In this document: in pieces, positions 1 through 13,500 of the stretch
Layout: each line of letters starts with the position of its first letter
How positions within the stretch are numbered: the stretch's first letter is position 1
Made by a program: the position numbers and the translations under genes
Assembly (NCBI RefSeq): GCF_020745735.1
Contig: NC_083429.1
Location: forward strand, 50,201,877-50,265,876
Direction of reading: 5' to 3'
Length of the DNA stretch: 64,000 nucleotides
Origin: Hemiscyllium ocellatum
Taxonomy: Eukaryota
The notes under the pieces: generated by a model
The model's input: the letters and a program-made list of their open reading frames with translations, nothing else
Told to the model about the DNA's origin: nothing
The model's database searches: none

Positions 1-3000
1 ATGGAAGCTTAGAGCTAGGGCAAACAGAGTTGTTGTCTCTGGTTTGTTGCTTGTGCCACATGCTAGTGAGGCAAGGAATAGGGAGATAGAAGAGTCGAAC
101 ACGTGGCTACAGGAATGGCGCAGGAGGGAGGGTTTTGGAATCTTGGATAATCGGGGCTCTTTCTGGGGTAGGTGGGACCTCTACAAGCAGGATGGTCTTC
201 ATCTGAACCTGAGGGGTACCAATACCCTGGGACATTTGTTAAGGCTATTGGGGTGGGTTTAAACTAATCCAGCAGGGGGATGGGAACCAAAATTATAGTT
301 CGAGTATAGAAAAGGTTGAGAGTAGGGAGGTCCAAAATCAAGTTTCAGGGACGCAAGATGGCACTGGCAAGCAAGAAGTTGGTTTGAAGTGTGTCTGCTT
401 CAATGCCAGGAGCATCCAGAATAAGGTGGGTGAACTTGCAGCATGGGTTGGTACCTGGGACTTCAATGTTGTGGCCATTTCCAAGACATGGTTAGAGCAG
501 GGGCAGGAATTGTCGTTGCAAGTTCCAGGATTTAGATGTTTCAGTAAGACCACAGAAGATGGTAAAAGAGGGGGAGGTGTGGCATTGTTAGTCAAGGACA
601 GTATTGCAGTTGCAGAAAGGATGTTTGGGGACTCGTCAACTGAGGGAGTATGGGCTGAAGTTAGAAACAGGAAAGGAGAGGTCACACTGTTGGGAGTTTT
701 CTATAGGCTTCCGAATAGTTCCAGAAATGCAGAGGAAAGGATAGCAAAGATGATTCTCGATAGGAGTGAGAGAGACAGGGTAGTTGTCATGGGGGACTTC
801 AACTTTCCAAATATTGACTGGGAACACTATAGTATGAGAACTATAGATGGGTCAGTTTTTGTCCAGTGTGTGTAGGCGGGCTTCCTGACACAGTATGTAG
901 ACAGGCCAACAAGGGGCGAAGCCACATTAGATTTGGTACTGGGTAATGAGCCCAGCCAGGTGTTAGATTTGAAAGTAGGTGAGCACTTTGGTGAGAGCGA
1001 TCACAATTCTATTATGTTTACTTTAGTGATAGAAAGGGATAGGAGTATACCACTGGGCAAGAGTTACAGCTGGGGGAAAGGCAATTACAATGTGATTAGG
1101 CAAGATTTAGGAAGCACAGGATGGGGAAGGAAACTGCAGGGGATAGGCACATTAGAAATGTGGAGCTTATTCAAGGAAAAGCTACTGTGTATCATAGATA
1201 AGTATGTACCTGTCAGGCAGGGAGGAAGCTGTAGAGCACGGGAATCGTGGTTTACGAAGGAAGTGGAATCTCTGGTCAAGAGCAAGAAGAAGGCTTATGT
1301 TAGGATGAGATGTGAAGGCTCAGTTAGGGCGCTTGAGGGTTACAAGGTACCCAGGAAAGACCTAAAGAGAGAGGTCAGAAGAGCCAGGAGAAGACATGAG
1401 AAGTTGTTGGCGGATAGGATCAAGGTAAACCCTAAGGCTTTCTATAGGTATTTAAGGAATAAAAAAATGATGAGAGTAAGATCAGGGCCAATCAAGGATA
1501 GTAGTGGGATGTTGTGTGTGGAGTCAGAGGAGATAGGGGAAGCACTAAATGAATATTTTTCAACAGTCTTCACTCTAGAAAACGACAATGTTGTCAAGGA
1601 GAATACTGAGATACAGGCTACTAGACTAGGTGGGATTGAGGTTCACAAGGAAGAGGTATTAGAAATCCTGCAGAGTGGGAAAATAGATAAGTCCCCTGGG
1701 CCAGACAGGATTTATCCTAGGATCCTCTGAGAAGCCAGGGAGGAGATTGCTGAGCTTTTGGCATTGATCTTTAAATCGTCATTGTCTACAGGAATAGTGC
1801 CAGAAGACTGGAAGATAGCAAATGTGGTTCCCCTGTTTAAGAAGGAGAGTATAGCCAATCCTGGTAATTATAGACCAGTGAGCCTTACTTCAGTTGTTGG
1901 TAAAGTGTTGGAAAAGGTTATAGGAGACAGGATTTATAATCATCTAGAAAATAATAATTTGATTAGGGATAGTCAGTACGGTTTTGTGAAGGGTAGGTCG
2001 TGCCTCACAAACCTTATTGAGTTCTTTGTGAAGGTGACCAAACAGGTAGATGAGAGTAAGCTGGTTGATGTGGTGTATATGGATTTCAGCAAGGTGTTCG
2101 ATAAGGTTCCCCACATTAGGCTATTGTACAATATGCGGAGGAATGGGATTGTGGGAGATATAGCAGTTTGGATCAGTAATTGGCCTGCTGAAAGAAGACA
2201 GAGGGTGGTGGTTGATGAGAAATGTTCATCCTGGAGTCCAGTTACCAGTGGTGTACCGCAAGGGTCGGTGTTGGGTCCACTGCTGTTCATCATTTTTATA
2301 AACGACTTGGATAAGGGTGTAGAAGGGTGGGTTAGTAAACTTGCAGACGACACTAAGATTGGTGGAGTTGTGGATAGTGACAAAGGATCTTGTAGGTTAC
2401 AGAGAGACATAAATAAGCTGCAGAGCTGGGCTGAGAGGTGGCAAATAGAGTTTAATGTGGACAAGTGTGAGGTGATTCACTTTGATCGGAGTAACCAGAA
2501 CGCAAAGTACTGGGCTAATGGTAAGATTTTTGGTAGTGTAGCTGAGCAGAGAGATCTCAGTGTCCAGGTACACAGATCCTTGAAAGTTACCACCCAGGTT
2601 GACAGGGTTGTTAAGAAGGCATACAGTGTTTTAGCTTTTATTAATAGGGGGACCGAGTTCCGGAACCATGAGGTTATGCTACAGCTGTACAAAACTCTGG
2701 TGCAGCCGCACTTGGAGTATTGTGTACAGTTCTGGTCACCGCATTATAAGAAGGATGTGGAAGCTTTGGAAAGGGTGCAGAGGAGATTTACTAGGATGTT
2801 GCCTGGTATGGAGGGAAGGTCTTACGAGGAAAGGCTGAGAGACTTGAGGCTGTTTTCGTTGGAGAGAAGAAGGTTGAGAGGTGACTTAATAGAGACATAT
2901 AAGATAATCAGAGGGTTAGATAGGGTGGACAAGGAGAGCCTTTTTCCAAGAATGGTGATGGCGAACACGAGGGGGCTTTAAATTGAGGGGTGATAGATAT

Positions 3001-3231
3001 AGGACAGATGTCAGAGGTAGTTACTTTACTCAGAGCGTAGTAAGGGTATGGAATGCTTTTCCTGCAATGGTAGTAGATTCGCCAACTTTACGTAGATTTA
3101 AGTCATCATTGGACAAGCATATGGACGTACATGGAATAGTGTAGGTTACATGGGCTTCAGATTGGTATGACAGGTCGGCACAACATCGAGGGCTGAAGGG
3201 CTGTACTGCACTGTAATGTTCTATGTTCTAT
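1..3231 (+). mobile_element. CR1-clade LINE, 5' end outside window: end of SGNH-esterase-like ORF1, then disrupted ORF2 (APE endonuclease + RT)
   Basis: ORF1 remnant 44-262 (DGLHLN motif). APE motifs FNARSI, GGGVA, VMGDFNFP, SDH. RT motifs YRPVSLTS, GVPQGSVLGPLLF, LADDTK. In-frame stops at 873-875 and 1728-1730. (TGTTCTA)n tail at about 3217-3230. Confidence 0.95.
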
Positions 3232-3613
3232 CACCTCAAAAATACTTAAATAAGTGGCCCTGAAAATAACTTGGGTTTTCTTCTGAGGTTAAGATTCTTT
3301 GAAAGCAGCATGCTCTAACAGAAGCACGGGCAGAAGCAGAATACATAACAATTATTAAAAAATAAATGGACAAATATTGACTACGTATATATTTAACGGC
3401 ATTTGAGAGAGATAGGGAAAGAAAGGAAGGGAGATGTTGGAAGCCAGCTGATGGCTCCATTCTGTATTGGAGGATCACTTCATTGTAAAACGTCCAAGAC
3501 CTGTTATCTCAGCAAAGAAATCTTGTTCGTACAAGAATTACAAATATAAATCTGTTAGCTTTAAGAAAGTATATTGCACACTGTTAATTCACATTGCACT
3601 CAATGTGCATCAA

Positions 3614-3823
3614 TGATTCGGAGATGCCGGTGTTGGACTGGGGTGTACAAAGTTAAAAATCACACAACACCAGGTTATAGTCCAACAGGTGTAATTGGAA
3701 GCACTAGCTTTCGGAGTGCTGCTCTTTCATCAGTTGGTTGTCCTGATGAAGGAGCATCGCTCCAAAAGCTGGTGCTTCCAATTAAATCTGTTGGACTATA
3801 ACCTGGTGTTGTGTGATTTTTAA
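3614..3823. mobile_element. Palindromic PLE-derived terminal-repeat cassette (family A) with degenerate hammerhead motifs on both strands
   Basis: Inverted arms around about 3735-3741; 13-bp direct repeat CAATGTGCATCAA at 3601-3613 and 3824-3836. Confidence 0.8.
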
Positions 3824-4189
3824 CAATGTGCATCAACACTGCAAAAGTGACAAATTTGCAATATTTTTGCTGTTTGTTACTCAGGCCCATTAAACACATG
3901 ATACCTAAAAGATGAATGCATAAATGTCTTTGAATCCAGCAGAAGGAATGCATATTATAAAGTTTTTTAAAATCTAGCGGCTTAACATTGTAAACTACAT
4001 GAAATTGTGTTGCGGCTGTCTCTGAGAACTCACCAGTGACTATCCCTTGTGCTTGTTACGTTGCTTTGAGTTTGGAGTTCAGACAATTAATAGCAAAGTT
4101 AATTTAGTTGTAAATGGATTGTGGAAACAGCCACCATCTGTCACTGAGCATACTATTTACTAGTTATCTTGCGTGAAGATTTCACTTAC

Positions 4190-4295
4190 GACTTTTTTGC
4201 TTTCAAAAATCATCGCATCAGCCCAGAAATTAGATATCGTCATGGCAATGGTTTTTCCGTGGAAGCCATCTGATGGATTTCCCATAATTCCTATC
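4190..4295 (-). CDS. gkup: gkup coding exon 10 (IGIMGNPSDGFHGKTIAMTISNFWADAMIFESKKV)
   Basis: ttttcag acceptor, gtaagt donor, 106 nt; GHMP motif 1 of glucuronokinases. Confidence 0.92.
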
Positions 4296-7200
4296 CTGAA
4301 AACAAGTGAGTGTCAGTGCAATGGTTCATCAAATTTCCACTGGATCTCCGGTATGAAAGAAAACCCATTCCCAAAGGTGTTCGCATTCCAACAAACCATT
4401 CCAGGACAAAACAAGAGCAAACTTACAGCTTCATGCAAGTGAGATTTTATGTCTTTTACCTGTCAATAAATTTTTAAAAATCTATTGAACTATATGAAGT
4501 AGTCTGAGTCATGTAATGATAAGATCCTGGACAAAACTAAGTGATTCCATTCAAAAATGTTCCATATATATAACTTCTCATGACTTCAGGATGTCACAAA
4601 GTACTTTGGAACTGATGCCAAACTGTGGAAGACAATCCCTTGTATAGAAACAGGTGACAGCCATCTTGCGCACAGCAAAGTCTGATAAATTACACTGCGA
4701 TAAATAAAGGGAAAGATGTGTATATGCAGAGCTCCATTCATAGCCTCAGGAAACTCCAAAATGTTTTACAATCAATGAAGTACATTTTTAAGGATACTCG
4801 TACTAGAAGACGTGGCAGCTAACTTTCACACAACAAACTTCCACAAACAGCGATGGGAATAATTACCACTCTGTCTTTCTGCAGAGCAAAAGTACTGCCC
4901 CTTCTGGTCTTCAAAGTAATGCCATGAGATCTTTTATATCTACCTGAGGGCAATAGTTTACCTCCACCATCTGAAAGTACAACAGCAGCAGCCAAATGAG
5001 AACTCGCGATCTGCTGGTTTCCATCCAGGTCCTAACACGGAACTATACGACCACTCCTGAGTCAAAATCCTGGAAATTGCTCCTTAACAGCACCTTGGAT
5101 GTACCAGATCAACTTCAGTGGTTCAAGAAGATGGTTCACCACCACTTTGTCAAGGGCAGTTAGGGAGGGACAACAAATGTTGGCTTTGCCATTAATGCTC
5201 ACATCCCAACAGCATTTAAACAATATGCCTCCAGTGGTACAGCACTTCCTTGGAACTGCAAAAATGACCAAACTATGTTTAACACTCAATGTATTTACAT
5301 CCTTCCTTTAATACAGAAACCAATACTGTGAAAAGTACTCTAGATATGGTCCCACCAATAAGCTGTATAAACTGAAGTGGAATCTCTCTTTTTTTAAAAT
5401 TCAATTCCCCTTGCAATGAATGATAACATTCTATAATTTTTTTCAAATTAAAACAAATTCCCTGAGATCCCCTAGCATGTAATTATTATGTTATTTCCAC
5501 ATTATCTGCAGCATGTTTTAAATGACGCTGCAAATTATTCCTTCTGCAACATCAAAGTCAGTACAAATCAACAACACAACAATGCTCAATACACCAGCAA
5601 TCAGCAGATACTGCAGTGAGGAGAGACAGGTAAATAAATAAGGACATGTATCTCATAACCAATTATCAACAAGTGTAAACATCATTTAAGCCTCTTTATC
5701 AGATTACAGCCAGTAACCCTTCCCTCCAATCTATTGAGTGCAGTTTTTAAGCCTGTTTTTCTTCCCTCCAGCTTTCAGAATCAGTCATTTGTTGTCAGTT
5801 TGGAAGACAATAATACATTTGAGAAGAATGACTGAAACTCCGAAAAGTCAATCTGTATTTAATGGGGCCATAAGTTGATAATGAAAACTTATCCAGGTCC
5901 TAGCTCTTTTTTGAACAGTCCTTGATCCACAACACAGACGTTTCTCCACCAACCCCAAGTTTCCTGGTATTCCTTATGTAATAGAACAAACAGAACCTAA
6001 TAATAAGTTGGCGCCACATGACCACAGTATTTCCAGAAAAGTGCTTGCCACCAACCACTAACTTCTCAATCAGTCATTAACAAGAAAATAAACCTTTTGC
6101 TATGATTGCAAGTTCTCAGGCTGCATAGCATTCTAGTCCACCACAGTGATGTATGAGCAATGCTAACCTTGCATAGGAACGACAAGTGATTGATTTGGCA
6201 GCAATACCATGTTGCTTTGAAGAGTAGCACGCCAGCCACTTCTTGTACTCAGAGAGATCCTAACAACAAATAAGAGTATTAGAAGCAGAGAAATACAAGG
6301 CACGAACTGGAAAATCTCTACTGACAAGTGAAATTCAACTGGTAACCCTAGTTTTCCTAATTAAGAGTTTGTGAGTGATATATTTAAGGGAATTCTGGAT
6401 AAACACAAGAAGAAAGGAATAGAAGGACATTCCGACAGAGTGCAATAAAGAGGGACACAGAAGGAAGCTTGCATGGGGCAAAAATACAGACATGGACCAG
6501 TCACACTGTGTGTCCTGTTTCTGTGCTGCAAGTTCTATGTAAACCTGACATCATCAAGTAGAAGAGAGATAGCGAGACAGAGAGCATTCTGAAGAGAGAG
6601 TTCTTAATGCTAAGCAGCTGCCGATACAGGCCCCACTAGGGGACAGGATTTGGAGATGCCACTGTTGGACTGGGGTGGACAAAGTTAAAAATTCTCTGAA
6701 GATTTTTGTGTTTTTCTGAATCTGTGTCTCTTGTTCCACCAGTTAAAAATCACACAACACCAGGTCACAGACCAACAGGTTAATTTGGAAGCACTAGCTT
6801 TCAGAGTGCTGCTCCTTCACCAGGTGGTTGTGGAGTATCTTATACGCCACAGCTATCTGACAAAGGAGCAGCGCTCCAAAAGCTAGTGCTTCCAAATAAA
6901 CCTGTTGGACCAAAACCTGGTGCTGTGTGATTTTTCACTGGTGGAACAAGAGACACAGATTCAGAAAAACACAAAAATCTTCAGAGAATTATAGGGCTGC
7001 AGAAAAATATGGAGGGAATGATTTAGAGAGAGTAGTTTGGGCTTGTATTCACTGGAGTTTAGAAGAATGAGTGGAGACCTTATTGAAGCATACAAAATTT
7101 CTAGGAGACTTGACAGGGTAGATGTGGACAGGTTGCTTCCCCTTGTGGGAGAGTCCAGACCCAGAGGGCATCATCTCAGAGTAAGGGGTTGCACATTTAA

Positions 7201-10200
7201 GCATAAACATAGCTGTGTCAACAATCCATTGTTTAACCATAAAAGTCTGGGAGAACATATTGTCAATCTTACCACTTGTCCAATTAGCTGGAATCCAGTA
7301 GGCAGCTTCATTCCAAACACTGTGATTCCAGTCTTGTTGATAAGCCATTCCTGGAATTATAAAAGAGGAAATAATGAGGTTTCAAACATCACAATGTCAA
7401 AAGAAACACTAGTTTCATATGATATGAAAACAGTCTCTTTGTGGTTTGATTCAGAGAGTTATTATGAACCAACCAATTTCCTTCTGCAAGCTTCCACCAG
7501 CAGGCCTCAAGCTCCACATGGTATGTACATCAGGAAGCAACAGATTATTGACATTAAAAACACTCAATAATGTTTTTGTTTGTCTTTTCTGTAATTTAAT
7601 AAAGTTTTCTCCTTTGCAAGAATAGCAGAGCAGGAAAAGTAAGTGTCTGGCCAACTCTCAGCTCCGAACCAAAAGGTCATGAGAAAATCTAGGATGACAC
7701 TCACAGTGTAGTTCTAAGGAACAGCCACACTGAGAGAGGTGCTGAGAATTTAAATCATGGCTCTATCTACCTGCTCAGATAGATTTAGAGATCCTACAGG
7801 GTTCAATCAACCAAAAAGTAGGGATTTTCTCCTAGCTAATATTTATCACTGAATTAATATTAGAAAGAAACAAAATATCCGGTCATGACCACAATAGGGT
7901 TTGTGTGAACTTGCTGTGTGCAAATCGACTGTACCATTTCCTACAACACTACATAGCTTTGCCAAACCATCCAAACACTGCAATAAACAGAAAGCGCTGG
8001 AGAAACTCAGCAGGTCTGGCAACATTTGCAGAGAGAGAAACAAATGTTTCAAGTCCAGTGTGACTGTTCTTCCATTCTGACCTACTTTGTATGATTTAGA
8101 TGTTGACTTCCAAGGTACCTTCGATTGTTTCTAAAATCAGTAAAACATTTATGGATGTCATAGAGTCATAAAGATGTACAGATGGAAACAGACCCTTCGG
8201 TCCAACTCGTTCATGCCGACCAGATATCCTAAATTAGTCCCATTTGCCAGACCTTGGCACATATCCCTCTATACCCTTCCTATTCATATACCCATCCAGA
8301 TGTCTTTTAGATGTTGTAATTGTACGAGCCTCCACCACTTCCTCTGGCAGCTCATTCCACACACACACCACCCTCTGCATGAAAAAGTTGCCCCTCAGGT
8401 CCCTTCTAAATCTTTCCCCTCTCATCTTAAATCCCTGAGATCATAAAATGGAATTGTTTTTGACAGTCAACTTCTCCCAAAAAGATAGGATGGATTTACA
8501 CCAATAACTTAAATTGAGACTTAATTCACCCAGTAAGTGCAAAATCATTTTATATGAATTCTTTGTCCCTTAAATAAACGTATGACTAACACTATAAACA
8601 CGGTGACCACTGGTGGTAAAATAAATTTCTTAACTTATCTCATCCATCTGGCAAAACTCTAACATCATCCCTCTCTATCTCTGTATCCTCTTCCATCTCC
8701 ACAAGTCGTTGAAACCTCGATGCTCCTCCAGCCCTAATCTTCTGTGCAACATATGTTTTATTCACTCTCACTGACAACCATGCCATAAGGCTATTTAGGC
8801 CTTGGGCTCTGAATTCCCTCCTTAAATATAAATCCTTTAAAATTTAAAGAATTTTTGTAATGTGAACATTTACAGCTAATGAAGTCAATACATCGAGTAT
8901 AGTTACCTGACAAAGGAGCCGTGCTTCGAAAGCTACTGCTTCCAAATATTATCCTTTATGATACTCCTTAATACTAACCTCTTAAGCAAATCTTTAGTCA
9001 TTTGCCCCAAGAGCTTGTTGTGAGGTTCAGTGTGAAATGGTGTTTGGCAAAGTCTTGGGATAGTTTAGTGTTTCACAGAGTGACATTCAAATGCAAGTTA
9101 CTTTGTAGAAATGTAAAATGACAGTCAAAGGAAATGGCATTGGAGAACCCTAGTCCCATTTGATATACATAATGTAGAGGAGCCGGTGTTGGGCTGGGGT
9201 GGACAAAGTTAAAAATCACACAACACCAGGTTATAGTCCAACAGGTTTATTTGGAAGCAGTAGCTTTCGAACTCTGCTCCTTTGTCAGGTAACTATTCTC
9301 GATGTATTGACTTCATTAGTTGTAAATGTTCACATTACAAAAATTTTTTAAATTTTAAAGGATTTACAGCTGTTCACAAGATGATTCCACCTGGTAGGGG
9401 AGTTGAAAACTTGTGTTTCATTAATGTAAGATAATTTCCAATGAAACTAGTAGAGTATAAGACTAAGAAATTGGAGTAGGTGATTCCACCCCTCAGGCCT
9501 AAACTTCATCATTCAGTATCATGGCTGATCCAACATTCTTCACATCCACTGTCTTGCCCTTTCCCCATAGTCCATGATTCCCTGACAGATCAAGAATCTC
9601 TCTATCTCAGCCTTAAATATAAACAAGGATTCTACCCCCACAGCTCTGTGGCAAGGAATTCCAAAGACTCACTATCTACTGAGAGACAAAATTACTCCTC
9701 AGCTCAGTCTTAAATTGGCACCCTTTTATTTCAAGACTGTGCCTCTGGTCCTAGACTCTCTGATGAGGCGAAACATCCTCACAGCATTTACTCTGTCAAG
9801 TGCCTTAAGAATCCTTTATGAGCTCTCCTCTCATTGTTCTAAACTCCAGGGAGTAGAGTCCCGACCTGTTTAGCCTATGCTTATGAGACAATCCCTCCAC
9901 ACCGGAGATCATCCTGGTGAACCCTTTCTGAACTGCATCCATTGAAATGATATCCTTCCTTAAATAAGGGAACAAAAGCTGTTAACAGTATTCTGGATCA
10001 GGTCTCACCAGCAGTTTACACTGAATTGAATTGAATTTATTTATTGTCACATGTACTGAGGCACAGTGAAAAGCTTTGTCTTGCAAGCAATACAGGCAAA
10101 TCACATAGTTAAGTAGCATAGATAGGTAAGTATAATTCAAGAGAAGTGTCTTGTCCAGAGTCCAGGTAGGATATGGAACTTGCTTATTGAAGTGAAGGGA

Positions 10201-10530
10201 TTTGAAAGGAAGCCAAACACAAGAGAAAGGAAAAGAAGGATGTAGTGCCAAGGTGATATAAATACTGTTAATTTATAAAATCTCTTTGACTACCTTAAAA
10301 TCTTTGGAATAAAGCAAAGAACTGCTGATGCTGAAATCAGAAACAAAAATAGAAATTGCTACAGAAACTCAGCATCTGTGAGGAGAAAGCAGAGTTAATG
10401 TTTCAGGTCCAGAGACTCTTCATCAGAACTGATAGCAGCTGGGAAAAGTAGTAATTATGCTGAGGATGGATTTGCGGATGGGGTGGGGGGAGAGATGAGC
10501 AGAAAGGTGGAGACGGAGCCCAGAGAGAGG

Positions 10531-10563
<33 letters not shown>

Positions 10564-13500
10564 GGGGGGGAAGATGAGCAGAAAGCTGGAGACGGAGGCC
10601 AGAGAGAGAGAGAGAGAAGAGAGGGGGAAAGATGAGCAGAAAGGTGGAGATGTTGCCCAGACAGAAAGAGAGAGAGAGTGAGAGATGAAAGGGGTAGGTA
10701 AATGAGAGGATTATTGATAGCAAGCTGTGACAAGAAATCAGCTGAATAAGTAATAATGACAGCAAAGTGTAGGAGAGAACGTGCAGACCTTGCTGAAAGC
10801 AACATATGTCAATACAGGTCTGGGTTTCAGGGTGAATCACGCATGCCTGTGCACTTCCCTCCATTTCACCTGAGAAGGAGCAGCGCTCCGAAAGCTTGTG
10901 ATTTTAAATAAATTTGTTGGACTATAGCCTGGTGTTGTGTGACTTCTGACTTTGACCATCCCAGTCCACCACAGGCATCACCATATTAAAGCGAACTGAC
11001 AACTTTTGGTGGCAGTTTTACCCAATTGAACAGAAGATTTCCTCACCATATACTTCCCAAGCTTTCGATCCTCCACCAGCAGATGCATCTTCAAATATTC
11101 CCCGAGAGTCGGCAGTGTCTTGTTTTGGAAACAATAAAAGACAACACTTGCCAGCCTCGATTCTGTAACTTCTGAAGAGGGCTTCTCATAAAACTTGGTG
11201 ATTCTGAAAAAAAACGGTCTTCAATATCTCTGCTCCTTGGAAAACAACACATGCGGATAGATTAGTAGGTCAATGATCATTTAGCAACTCACTGTAGAAT
11301 TTAACCAGCAAGAGAAAATGTTATAAAGATTCATCAGATAATACAGAACAGAGTTAAGGTCTTTAATGTTTGTGAGCTCTGAAATCAGAAATGTTCAGAT
11401 AGAGGTCAGAGTATAGAATCCCTAAGGTGTGAAAGCAGGCCATTCAGTCCATTGAGTCCACACTGACCCACCGAAGAGCATCACACCCATATCCATCCTA
11501 TCCCTGCAACCCTGCATTTCTCATGGCCAATCCACTTGGCCTGCATAGTACGGAGCAATTTCCCATGGCCAATCTACCTAATATGCATACTTTTGGACTG
11601 TGGGAGGAGAGCAGAGCACCCAGAGGAAACCCACACAGGGAGAATGTGCAAACTCCACACAGACAGTCACACAAGGGTAGAGTCAAACCCACTCCCAGGC
11701 ACTGTGAGGCAGCAGTACTAACCACTGAGCCACCATGCCGTAGGATCAATCAACTTCCAATACTTGCTTTGACTATGATGCCAGCATTTCTGAGAACCTC
11801 AGCCCATAAGCAGACCATTCACCCATTGTCCACATGCTAGTTCTAGTTACAAAACAGATTCTATATCCTTTCTCTTCACCTGTATTTTGTCCATTTCTGG
11901 GTCCCAAATAACAGAAAGGTTGCAAAGGATATTTATTAAGAATGGTGAAGAGCAACACAACACTGTCACATAGCTTGAACTCATCCAAAACACTCCTCAC
12001 TCCCGTGAAGTTTATCTATCACACTTGTGCCCACAAATGTCTACTGGTTCCCATTCCAACAAGGCACTGATAATAAAAGATTCTGTTCTATTTCAAATCC
12101 ATCTGTGACCATGCCCTTCATTCAAAGGCCATCCCCAAATCTTCAAGATGTCTGTGCTCCTTCTGACATCTTGGCACACATCCAATTTTATCTGCTCCAT
12201 GGATGAAGCCCATACCTTTGCCTGGTTAGACTCCAAGCTCTGGAGCACTGTTACTAATGTATTTATGTTTCTTTTCTTGTTTAAGATGTGCCTAAAAACT
12301 ACAGTTTGTTCTTATATAATGCGATAGTTCCATTCACATACGATTTCATGTTACAAGTTAAACTAATGGGGCTGGAATCGTGTTGTAGCCAATACAGGTA
12401 AGGAAAGTTCACATTCTACAAATAACAGTCTAAATTCTTCAATCGCATTCAGGTGACCGTATAGAGGCTTACAAAATTATGGGGGCATATAAAAGAGATA
12501 TAAAAGAGACCTAAGGGGCAACTTTTTCACACAGTGTTTGCTACACGTATGAAATGAGCTGCCAAAGGAAGTGATGGAGGCTGGTACAATTTCAACATTT
12601 AAGAGGCATTTGGATGGGTATATGAATAGGAAGGGTTTGGAGGGATATGCGTGGGTGCTGGCAGGTGGGACTAGATTGGGTTGGGATATCTGGTTAGTAT
12701 GGATGAGTTGGACTGAAGGGCCTGTTTCCATGCTGTACATTTCTATGATTCTATAACTCTTTAATTCGCGTTGAGGAAACACACATTAGAGCAGAACCAA
12801 CTGTACTTTGATCAACCATTTGGAAACGTACTGTAGCATTCCTTTACAGTAATTCCTAACCCATCTGGGATGTTTTACATATATTAAATATGCCATAAAA
12901 ATACACATTGCTGTTGGATGGACGAGAGAGGCTAGGACTGTTCTCTTCAGAGCAGAGAAAGTTAAGGGGAAATTTAATAAAGCAGATCAAGATCATTATT
13001 TGGCCATGGCATAGGAGTACTCTTGTGGGACAGTAGTAGTGTCCCTACCTTTGAGCCAAGTGGTCCTGGTTCAAATCTCATCAAATTCAATTGTGAGTAA
13101 TTTCATCTCTGAACAGGATACTTAGAAAATACCTTTACAGTGATAGAACCGGTGTTTATTATCGGAGACAGATTTATGGTAATTGTTAGAAGAGCCAGAG
13201 GAGAAAGGAAACTGGATGAAGACTTGAAGTTTAAAAAGTTACAGGATGATTGGGAAAGGAAATAGGAAAGCTCTTACAAAGAGCAGACTTGGTTATGATG
13301 GACTGAATGGCATCCTTCAGGACTATTTATAAGAAAACTGACCGACTCACAAACATACCTGTGTGTCAAGGGGCACACCTCAACTATTCCCCGAGATTCT
13401 GTCTTCTCTCCTTCTTCCATTTCATAGTAAATTGCCAATTCTCCCTTCTGTCAGGCAAGTTAAAAAATAGTGATAATGTTAGCATTACTTCACATGAGCC

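Noticed and set aside
4173-4442. Plus-strand 89-aa ORF as a gene
   Set aside because: Antisense shadow of gkup exon 10; no recognisable motifs.
7037-7570. 177-aa ORF as a novel protein
   Set aside because: Chance read-through from a CR1 3' fragment across the antisense of gkup exon 8.
10403-10864. Long Leu/Ser/Pro-rich ORFs
   Set aside because: Produced by a purine-rich (GA)n low-complexity tandem repeat.
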